A stretch of DNA of 63,198 nucleotides, filler included, from Reclinomonas americana ATCC 50394 (taxonomy: Eukaryota), in NCBI GenBank assembly GCA_048213135.1. It is 16 parts of 16 records of this genome, joined end to end, with 100 filler letters (N's around TTAATTAATTAA, not from the genome) between each part and the next. Parts side by side here need not be neighbours in the genome. Positions count along the whole stretch, not along the records: positions 44,793 to 53,071 come from AFZH01021581.1; positions 53,172 to 54,843 come from AFZH01021582.1; positions 54,944 to 58,898 come from AFZH01021584.1; positions 58,999 to 60,943 come from AFZH01021586.1; positions 61,044 to 63,198 come from AFZH01021587.1; 11 more parts are not named here. The stretch is one strand, 5' to 3'. The translations under genes were made by a program, and so were the position numbers. Of the stretch, positions 46,370 to 63,198 are shown piece after piece. Below the pieces are notes generated by a model. That model was not told the DNA's origin. It did no database searches and saw only the letters and a list, made by a program, of their open reading frames with translations. Every line of letters starts with the position of its first letter. Within the stretch, counting starts at the first letter, position 1.

Positions 46370-47952
46370 TCACCGTCGTCGTAGGCCACTGCAAATCTCT
46401 TCCAACATGTCTGCAGGCACGCCCACCACGTGCTCCCTCAACAGCGCACACCACGCCGCTGCGTCGGCACTCGGGTGCTGCTGCATGAATTCGACAATGC
46501 GCTCTTGCACACGAGGCCTGTACAGTAGCCGACGTCAGGCACACTTGCATGCGACAACAGAACAGCGCGCACACGCACCTGACCACAATAAAGTACGTCA
46601 ACACCGACTGCTCCCGCTCCAAGTCGACGCACGCGACGCGAAATGCGGCCACATCGGCCGCCGGATCCAGTGGCACGCGCGCCATATCTGAACCCAGCTG
46701 ATAGTCCGCCTGCGATGCCGAGGCGATTCAGCAAGCTGCCTGCTCAGACGTGCGTGTAACCTGCGGCAACAAACCTCCATGGCTGCCAGCATCGCCAACT
46801 CCTCCTCGCCCATGTCCTCGGCCAAGCCGGCGGCGATGATCTCGTCCAGCACCGATGCCGACCTGAGCAGCGAAGAGGGAGAACCAATGGTGAGTTGAAG
46901 CAACTCTCAGATGGCGAATTCTTGCCTCTAGCCCACTGAGCAACTCTGAGCGGCTGCAAGGCAGTGACTCGTCTCTCCTTTACGTCGTGACTCTCAGCAA
47001 GTGGCAATTGTACTGCACATCACTGATCTCACTCTCGCTCTCTCTCACACAGCAAGGCAATGGGCAGAGAAACCCCGACAGCGGCTTGTCTTCACAGCTC
47101 TGCTTCTTCGCTCATGTATTCCGTCGCTCGCTCCCTTACCCTCTTTAAAACGACGAGTGGCAGCAAAGATCTCGACGCAAACATGCAGACAGTGACAGCT
47201 TCTGTTCTCGCAATCCAAGCGGGCCTCTCACACCACGCCGACAAGAGCACGCGGTACTAGGCTGATGTTGTGCAGCGTCTGTGTCCCTGCCTCCGTCCTC
47301 TCTCTCAACGGTACGATCAAAGATCTTGATGCTAATGAAAGGCCTCTGTTTCTAGATCTCCCCCCACACCCTTCCCCTTTTCATCCTTCCCCTTTTCACC
47401 CCCTTACCGATGCACATGCATATCAGCCGCCCGCACCCTGCCACGCCCAATCCACGCCGGATCCTCCACCGCCTGCTCCACCTCCCCGCACAGACCACAA
47501 GTGGAGCCGTACACGCCGACCAGAGGCCACGCCTGCGCACCCGCCTGCACCGCTCCACTCTCCAGCGCCTCCGCAAACAGCCAACCATGCGCATACACAT
47601 TGCACGTGGAGCAGTCGTCGCTCACACCGACCACATGCAGCGCATTCGCAGACTGCAGACATGCACGTGACACGGTCTCCACCTGCGCTCCACTCAGCTC
47701 CCCTTGTTCCCTGCGTCGCAGCTGTGCAATGCGCTCGTCCACATCAGTGCGCTGCCACTGCTCGTATTCGCGCTGCGTGTCGGAGGCCAGAGAGCGCCAG
47801 CACGCAGCTGGCGAGTCGGGAGCACGCAGGCGGGTGGAGCAGAGTGCGGGGAAGAGAGTGAATGCATCACCGCCACCGTAGTGCACCAGGAAACACGAGG
47901 AGCGGGGGACACGGAAGAGTGACTCCACTCGAGCCTCTTCGCCGCACCACAT
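46370..47952 (-). CDS. Hypothetical protein(s), multi-exon
   Basis: Protein-like ORFs at 47404-47952 and 46370-46870 (DEIIAAGLAEDMGEEELAML...; PRVQERIVEFMQQHPS...) with GT-AG boundaries. No recognised domain. Confidence 0.4.
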
Positions 47953-47983
47953 GCAAGCAAAAACACGAGGACAAGTCGGAAAA

Positions 47984-54690
<6,707 letters not shown>

Positions 54691-54700
54691 ATTCAGAAAG

Positions 54701-54797
<97 letters not shown>

Positions 54798-54991
54798 CTC
54801 TCTCTCTACTACTACGTACGTACGTACGTACGTACGTACGTACNNNNNNNNNNNNNNNNNNNNNNNNNNNNNNNNNNNNNNNNNNNNTTAATTAATTAAN
54901 NNNNNNNNNNNNNNNNNNNNNNNNNNNNNNNNNNNNNNNNNNNCTCACTCTCTCTCTCTCTCTCTCTCTTCTCCTTTCCCCGCATGCACAT

Positions 54992-57354
54992 ACCTCCAAG
55001 TGCGCGGGATGCGCCTCGCCCAGCTGCTCGGCAAACGGTCGCATCTCATTGAGCAACCGCACGCCGTCGTCGGGTCGGTCGAGCGAGGTGTAGGTGAGGG
55101 CGAGCGCTGAGGCGGCGAGGATGGTGTGTGGATGTGACGCGCCCAGTAGTCGCCTCCGCTGCTCGAACACCACGCGCAGCTCGGTCGCCGACTCGGCGAA
55201 ATGGGCGGCCAGGTGCAGCACCTCGCCGAGGGCGAACTGCGCGTCGAGCACATCCAGCGACTGCTCTCCCACAATTAGCATCACGTCTTCACGATCCGCG
55301 GTCGCCATCAGCTCCGCATCGTCGGGCGCGAGTGCAAAAAACGAGGGATGCCGCAGCCACTGTGCATGCGCGTTTTCACGCTGTCGCCGCAGCAATTCTC
55401 GCACCACCTCCACCGACACCGCGTAGTCGCCGAGATGTGCCATGGTGCGTGCGGCCAGCAGACGCATGCGCAACACGTCTGGGTGATCCGCGCCCTGCGA
55501 CTCCTCCCACAGCTGCACCAGCGTTCGCGCCCCGTCGTTGGCCTCGGTGTAGAAACCGTCGGCAAACTTGGCCTCCACACAATGCCGATTCACCATTAGT
55601 CGCTCGGGGTGCTTCTCGCCCAGTTCCGCACGCAGAATGTCATCCGCCTCGTGGTGCAACGCATACGCCGCACCAAACTTGCCAATCCCCATCAGCACCT
55701 GGCCTCGAGCATCGACCAGCAGCGCACGATTCACCGCATCGTTCTCATGCGGCTGCAGTCGCCACTCGCACACGTGCTCCAGCTTGGCCGCCTGCGCAAC
55801 TCGCCCCCTCCGAATCGCCAAGCGCGTCAACTCTCGCACAGCACCAGTCACCAGCACACGTCGCGACCACGAGAGGAATACCGCCGCCGGCGCCGTGCAG
55901 GCCAACACAAAGCACCGCAACAACGCGCGCTCCGCCAGCTCCAACTGCTGCGCGGCATAGGCGGCCCGACCGAGCAACAGAAGCGCCTCGAGACTGCGCG
56001 CGGTGCCTGCACTCACTGCATGTGCCACATCCAGCTCCACGCACGCCTGCAACCAGTCGCCCTTCAGCACACTCCGCTCGCCACTGGCAATCAGTCGCCG
56101 CGCGGCCTCCTCGTCTGTGTGGTGAGAGAGAGAGAGAGAGAGAGAGAGGAGTGAGAGAGGCGATGTGGAGACTGTCAAGGTGGGGCAGCAAAGTCCACAC
56201 ACCGCGCACAGTGGCCGGTGGTGCCTGCGCGCACAACAGCGGAAGCGGGACCGCACGACTCAGCGCCTCATCGACCTGCGTCAGTCGCACACACAACTGC
56301 CCGTCCAGCACGCGCTCCACCAAGCCGCACGAGTCGGCGATGAAGGCAAGCAGCAACTCCTCTGCGAGTGCGCGTGTGAGTGTGTGAGCAAGAATCAAAT
56401 GCTGACATGCGACCGAACACGCAACGATCGGTGGAGCACACGAGCACCTCCTCAGGTGCCGATGAGAGGGCCTCTGGAGGCGAGGCAAGGCCTAGTGCTC
56501 CAGCAGCGGCAGCACCCGCCGCAGCAGCACCAGCGGCCACAGAGGAGAATGAAGTCGCGGCGCCCATTCCTTTGGTGATCGATTGCGAAGGAGGACAACC
56601 TCGGGACGGACATGAGTTGCAAGCTGTGTTCGTTGTCGTGTATGAGTGACGAGGGAATGCAAGGCGTAGTACTAGGTGTGCAGGTGCGTGTGTCAGGCGA
56701 GAGTGTCGACTGCGAGAGCTCGATGTTATCAAACAAACAAAACACTTCATTCGCCACATTCCAATAATGCGACGTCGACAAACGCCCACGAATATTAATT
56801 CCTTAACGACAATGACCAGGGCACAACCATCATAAACTTCTCCACACAGTCATCTTCCCTTTCAGGAGCCAAAGCCAAGCAATCGCGATATTGGTCGCGC
56901 TGCGATCAACGTCTCATGATAAAGTGGATCCCAGATGCACGCGCAAGCTCCAGCCACGGACCGCAGCCATCGCCACACCTTCTCTACGTATACATAGCAT
57001 ACATTGTTATACGCGGCCCACACATGGCGCATTCGTGCCAGCCTGCACAACGAGACGACGTCGACGTCGAGATTCGCCGCGCTATCGGTCGCGCACAAAA
57101 GCAGCTGCGCTTCCGCTGGCCGCTCACCACAGACAAAAGGATATAATACACCTGAGGGCCGCAGTCGACTTCTTTCCACGTGACAACGAAGGACAAAGCG
57201 AATCGCACTCACCTCGTCGATTCCACATGGCATCACGCCCAGGCAGCACCGCGACCACTCTCTCCTCCTCCGCCTCCACCGTGTCCGTGGTCTCTGCCGC
57301 CAGTGCAGCTGCGGCTGCGCGTCGCGCGGCTGCTCTGGTGCGGCCTCCGTCCAT
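54992..57354 (-). CDS. TPR-repeat (kinesin-light-chain/TPR_12-like) protein; linkage of the 5' exons is tentative
   Basis: Repeats LGEKHPERL, QGADHPDVL, LGASHPHTI and LGEAHPAHL in a long exon at 54992-56114. Candidate upstream exons run to ATG 57354. Confidence 0.65.
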
Positions 57355-58898
57355 GACTCTCCAGTTGGTGGCGGAGATTAGTGGCACTCAGACACGCCGG
57401 CGACGCTCTGGGCTCACCAGCAAGACCTACACAGAGTACACGATTCGTGTCACGTGTCGGGGGAGCACGTGGACTGTGTTTAGGGTGAGTGAGAGAGATG
57501 AGGGAGGGAGGGAGGGAGGGAGAGAGAGAGAGCTGTGTGTGAGAGAGGGAGAGAGCTGTGCGAGAGAATGTGTGCGTGTGAATGATTCAGTGAGTGAAGA
57601 GAAGTGCATGCGTGGGCGGGAGAGTGAGAAGTGTGTGAGAGAGAATGTAGGTGATGTAGGCGTCGCCTTATCCCTCACCTTATCCGTGATACCTCTCGCC
57701 TGACCATGAGGTGCATTGATGATCATCATCCCATCATTATTTGTGGTTTTTCCGTCATGACTCTTCTCTCTGTCTCTCCCTCTTTGTCTCCCTCTTTCTC
57801 TCGCTGACTGACTATGTTGCTCTCTCTCTCTCACACACACACACTCTCTCTCATGCACTTTCTCGTCTCTTTGTCTCTGCCTATGTCTTCTCTTTCTCCC
57901 TCTGCCTCTGTCTTCTCTTCTCGCCCTCTCTCCGCTCTCTGCCTTCTCTCCCCCTCCTTCTCTTCTCCTTAATTCTCACTCTCCTTCTCTCTCCTTCTCT
58001 CCCTCTCCCTCTCCCTCTCTCCCTCTCTCTCTCCTTCTTTCTTTCTCTCTCCCTCTCTCTTGCTTACCATCTTTCCTCCCATGCAGCGATACCGCGAGTT
58101 CCACAAGCTGCACGCGGCCATGCTCAAGATCGCACAGGCGCCGCACCCTGAGTTTGGCACAATTCAGACGGTGGAGTTGCCGCCGTTCCCGGGCAAGACG
58201 CTCTTCTCTGGCTCCGACTCGGTGGTGCGTGAGCGGCGGCAGCTGCTCGGCGTCTACCTCAGCTATGTGGTGCGCGATCCGCGGTTCTGTGCGGCTCCTG
58301 AGTTGCTGGCGTTTCTGCAAGTCAATGTTGCGTCGCGCGCCCTTTGGTCATCCACGCGCGCGCACGCGCTTGCTCATTTTGTGCGCGCAGGAGAGCCCCG
58401 TGTCGTACCTCCTCAACGCCGAGACCAGCGCCCGAGCTCCACCCGAGATTCCTGCTGTGCGGCGTCGGAAAAAGTTGCGCTTTTGCTCTGTCGTCGACCA
58501 TGTCTCCGTATCACTCACTGAGGTGATGTACAGGGCGCTGCGGAGTGCCATCCAAAATGAAATGTCGGCATTCCAGGCCACATCGGCACCGCACGAGGAT
58601 GAGACGACACATCGTGGCCTGGGCACGCCAGTTGTGTTGGCTGATCAACTATGTGTCCCACTGTCTCTCCCTTCTCTCTGTTTCTCTCTCTCTCTCTCTG
58701 TCTGTCTCTCGCTCGCTCTCCCTCGCTCTCCCTCGCTCTCCCTCTCTCTTCTCTCTCACTCACTCTCCCCCCCCCTCTCCCCACGTAGAGTACCGTGGCA
58801 CTGCTGTACTCGGAGGAATCGCAGAATTGGTTCTCCACTCGCATCCGCAACAATGAGTTGGTACGTTGTGCAGAGGCTGCCGCGCGCGATTCGTCGTC
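57353..58898 (+). CDS. PX (Phox)-domain protein, N-terminal part
   Basis: KTYTEYTIRV..WTVFR|RYREFHKLH..LPPFPGK..VVRERRQLLGVYL..ELLAFL. An alternative in-frame ATG lies at 57227. Confidence 0.88.
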
Positions 58899-58998
58899 NN
58901 NNNNNNNNNNNNNNNNNNNNNNNNNNNNNNNNNNNNNNNNNNTTAATTAATTAANNNNNNNNNNNNNNNNNNNNNNNNNNNNNNNNNNNNNNNNNNNN

Positions 58999-61401
58999 AC
59001 ATCCACCCATTGTTGGCCAGGTGCACGCGCTCGCGATTCCGCTGATTGACGACAGTGGTGAAGTATGGTCGAGTGACGGGGTGCCAGGGAGTAATGGGTC
59101 CGTCCTTGGGGCCACGCGGGTCCAATCGTGTCCACCTGTGCGTCAATGTCAGCAACATGGGGCGGGTGTCATGGCAGTCAAATTCACGCATCGCAACTTC
59201 ATCTCGTTGCGAATGGCGTTGAATGCGCACTCCATGTCGCCGTGGTACTCGGCCATCAGGGGTGCGTTGATCGCGTCCAGTGCACGACGGAACTGAGCAA
59301 TGCGGAACTCGATCTCACCGCGGTTGTCGCACTGCGGCACGTTGAACAACGACAGCGCAGTCTCTAGACGGACGCACAGCGAGAAGCTGCAGGTGATGGT
59401 GGAAGTGAGCATCGAGCGCTTCACCTCTTCAACATATTGTTACTTACCGATCACGAGAGCTGCGACGGAAGATGCCCTTGTCGCGCAGCGTCTCCACCTT
59501 GCGCTCAAACGACCACTCATTGACTTCGACACCAAAGTTCTGGAAGTACTTGCCTCGTGTCAGTGCCGAGCGCAAGTCGTGCACGTGCTGATCCACTTGC
59601 AGCGTGTAGTACTCCCACAGGCACAGTTCCGACAGGACACTATGAACATGAAAGGGTGAGACACAATGCGACGACTCGACAAGAAAACCCGCGGCGCGTA
59701 CTCAACTCGCTCTTCATCTTCTCCACCAGTGCGTCGACCTCCTCGCCCGTGTTCACCACGTTGCTGAAGCCGGGGATTTTCTTCTGATACAGTGACAGAC
59801 TCCACTCGTAGAGCGCATTGTCGAGAGCGTAGGCACTCTTCAGGTGCGGTGAGTTGCGCAGATTGTAGCCACACTCGGGGAACTCGCGGAGCCACTGAGG
59901 AGAGGCGGCGCAATCAATATCGCGATCGGAAAAGGATTCGTGAATATGTGTCGCTCACCTGGCTGTCGGCACTGGTGTGATTGTACACCATGTCCACCAC
60001 GCACAGGCAGTGAAAGTAGCGCTCCAGCTGACTGATTTGGTTCTCTGTGCAAGGGTGAATGAGAGGGAGAGGGAGAGAGAATAATGACAATCAAGCCCCA
60101 CTCACCCAGCATGCTGAACTGGTCATCCAAACTCGGCACGGCTCCCGCGGCGTCAGCCGGGAAGATGGAGGCACCGAATGCCAGCTGATCGGCCAAGCTG
60201 TACGCACTGTGTGATGCACGGAGAAGGGATCAGTGTCTGCATTGAATACGCACGCAGGGGAAATGGAGCAAGAGATACCTGTCGGACTTGCCGATGCGTT
60301 GCACGGGGGTAAAGTGCAGCACATTGTAGCCGTTGTGATGCGTCAGCGCCATGTGCGAGAACCACTCCTCCAACGGACCCAGTGTCTTGGTGATCAGCTG
60401 TCAATCACGTGATGGGCACAAATGAGTCAAACGGATGAGGTTAATAGTCCAGGCAGTTGCAGCGCGTACCGACTGCAAACTGATGCTCGCCAGCGCCAGC
60501 GGGTGGCCATTGATGGCCAGCTGTGGTCGCACAATGATTTGGACTGGAGTTTCGCATTGCCAACGTCAGCACATCACGCGGGATGAGGGGAGGGGGAGGG
60601 AGATATGCATGCATGCAGCACGAAACAGTAATCGGTGCGGTATCGATTGGCCACGTCGTAGCCGTAGGTCACGTACAGATCCATGCTGCCCGGGTGAACC
60701 ATCTTGACGGTGGCGCACAAATCGCCCAAGCAGCCGGCGTTGCGACCATATCTGTGAGATGAGAGGGGTAGGGAGATGAGGGGGAAGGGGATATGGGGGA
60801 CGGGGATAAGGGGGAATGAGGGGGGAGGAGAAGGGAGGGAGAGAGAAGAGAGAAGAACAAGCTACAGCGACGGACAGTTGAAAGTAAAGTACAATGGATT
60901 GCAGAGACTGCACACGATGAGCGCGAGAGAGAGATAGTGAGAANNNNNNNNNNNNNNNNNNNNNNNNNNNNNNNNNNNNNNNNNNNNTTAATTAATTAAN
61001 NNNNNNNNNNNNNNNNNNNNNNNNNNNNNNNNNNNNNNNNNNNCTGTGAGTACTGCTTACACACTCAGAGACAGACTGAGTGAGAGAGAGTGAGAGCAGA
61101 GAGAGTGTGTGTGGAAAACGAAAGTGAAGCAAAGGTGCGCTCTTTTGCGCCATTTCGCACACACACACTCTGTCTCACACACACACACGCACTCGCGCGC
61201 AAGTGCACATGCACGCACAGGTGACGCACACACACTGAGTGAGTGAGAGAGCAAGAGGGCGACGAGTGTGCGTGCGTGTGTGTGTGCCATCTCTCTCTGT
61301 GTTTGTCTCACCTCATAGCTTGAGGGATCGTGTGGATCGCGAGCGGCCTTCTTGACACTGGAACTGACCAGGTCCTCGAGGTTAACTCGATATAAGACCA
61401 T
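58999..61401 (-). CDS. AGL: Glycogen debranching enzyme (eukaryotic AGL/GDB1 type), N-terminal half
   Basis: IIVRPQL, KTLGPLEEW, GYNVLHFTPVQ, YSLADQL, DMVYNHTS, CGYNLRNSPHL, LWEYY, PYFT and LANNGWM. Probable first exon MVLYRVNLED lies across the linker. Confidence 0.9.
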
Positions 61402-62024
61402 CTTGTCTTTGCGATCACAATGTGTGACTGCAGCAGCACTTGAGAGGACATCTGTTCGCAACGGCCACTTTGCATGTAATGATCGCCTTTTTTTTTCTCA
61501 AGAGTGCGAGAGAGTTGTGTCAGTGTAGCTGGTGTACGCTGGGTCCTGATCGCTATGTGTGCTTCTCCATTGCCGGTTCGAATTCGTTTGCGACGTTGCG
61601 ACGTTGCAGCAGTGTGTGCTCGACTGTGCGATCTGTGATCGTGCAGATGTGTGGTATGCGTGGGCGAATGGTCGATGGAGCGATCGGGCTGTGGTGTAGA
61701 GCGATGCGGTCGTCGCGTCACTGACTGGTGCACTGCCGCTGTGATATTGGATGATCCTGTATCAGTACAAGTCGACTGCGGCACGGGGCAAGGGCCGTGC
61801 AGCGCGTAGGCGTCCATGCGCAAGTAGGCAAGCGCATGTGCCAGTGCGCCTCGTGATTCCCGTCATGCAAGCGCGACTGCTGCACCATGACACTGCATCG
61901 CATCGCTGTCGATCGCCTGTCATCGCTCCCTCTCCGTCCCCTCTCCTGGCTGCCGAGAGCCACAATACCACTCGCTGTAGTATCAACACAACTGACTGCT
62001 GCACCTGTAATTAGTTGCGCGCGT

Positions 62025-63198
62025 TCATTGACCGGCGGCCATCGCCATGCGGCGAAGAATAATGTCGGCAAAGTACTGCTCCAGACACTCGCGTCAATAA
62101 CAGACTGAGAGCATCTCGACGCGCATACACGCACCTGCGAGTCATCAAACACGCCACGTGGTTCAACATCAATCACTACATCGTCCAGCACGGCTTCCGG
62201 CACCAATGACTCGCCAGTTTCTGTCCATGACGATGAAATCAGCAAATGACACACACAAGCTTGCAAACACGTTCCTCACCAACGTCACGCGCGTCAATGA
62301 TGCCCTTTCGCGCGTTGTCATCAAAGAACATCTCCAGTGTGTCGTGCGACGAGGTGCGATCCAGCAGGAACAACTTGCCGGCGTAGTGCGCCTGATTGTG
62401 TGAGTTCCACCTGTGCAGGAAAGTGAGACAGAGAGAAAAGAGAACTCACGGTTGCGAGGATCGCGTACCAAAAGAAATAATCCTGCACCCCCAGCGCTCG
62501 GTGCTCGTCGGCCAAACGCCGCAGTGTGGCATGAATGTCGGCCAGCCCAACAGCCACCTCACGTACGGCGGGGTGCGCCCGCACGGCTGCCACAAAGGTC
62601 TCCGCGCTCAGCTCCACCGCCGGCGAGTTGCTGGCCTCCAGCAGTTTGGCGAACAGAGCCTCCACGTTGGCCGACGGAAACAAGCCGTGCAATCCGACTG
62701 CCAGCAGATCCACATGCTGACCGCCGACGTCTCCCCGAAACATGCAGCCGCGTGCGGCCGGGTGAACCTGTGTAACCATCATCAACAACTCTGTTCACAA
62801 GAAGCACGCAAGGCGGAGGCCACGCAACCCTGTAATCCACCGAGCCATTGGTGCCGTCGAGCCGCGCATCGCCACCAAACGCCCCCTCACAGAAGCGATT
62901 GAATTCCTCCTCGATCTGCAACATGCAACATGTCAGCAGTTGATACTCCGTGCACACACTCTGCACGCGAGACGCAACATCGGGCAAGTCAGAACCGAAG
63001 GTGCGGAACACGACACTAAAGTGCGTCTCCGGCAGCGACGCCATCTTCACAATGCTGTTGCAGAAGCTCGGCACGAGGATGCTGGTCGATCCCGGCGCTG
63101 CAGCACCCATAAACAACAACAACGAGAGACGAGCACACGACATGTCGCTGTCGCACCTGCAGTCGGCGGGCAGTACGTCTCGACAAATCGCTGCACCT
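62025..63198 (-). CDS. Conserved hypothetical protein, possibly HAD-like (3' part)
   Basis: LVPSF, FSVVFRTFGSDL, EFNRFCEG, GVQDYFFW, GKLF, FFDDN and IIDARDV motifs. Confidence 0.6.

Noticed and set aside
59435..59455. TACTTACC resembling the U1 snRNA 5' end
   Set aside because: It is the reverse complement of a G|GTAAGTA donor in the debranching-enzyme gene, and no U1 structure follows. No snRNA, tRNA or rRNA gene was recognised in the window.

Overview
This is intron-rich, gene-dense eukaryotic (protist-like) genomic DNA in the standard genetic code. It is a scaffold of contigs joined by 15 artificial N-TTAATTAATTAA-N linkers, with (TACG)n pyrosequencing-type noise at some contig ends. About 20 spliced genes or gene parts can be read by eye: NDUFA4-like, two large Pmp/GGA-repeat multi-TM surface proteins, AP-1 mu, NRF-6-like O-acyltransferase, kinesin-8-like motor, EBP1/PA2G4, HNH protein, ACOT9, CDK, GYF_2, cytochrome b5 reductase-like, TPR, PX, glycogen debranching enzyme and others. 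The most striking signal is in splicing. Besides ordinary G|GTNNG donors there is a second major 5' splice-site class, GTTNNG (mostly GTTGCG), which is the normal motif with one extra T and the conserved G at +6 instead of +5. It is used overwhelmingly after exons that do not end in G, consistent with routine +1 shifted-register 5' splice-site recognition or a variant snRNA. All gene models are manual and have no RNA evidence.
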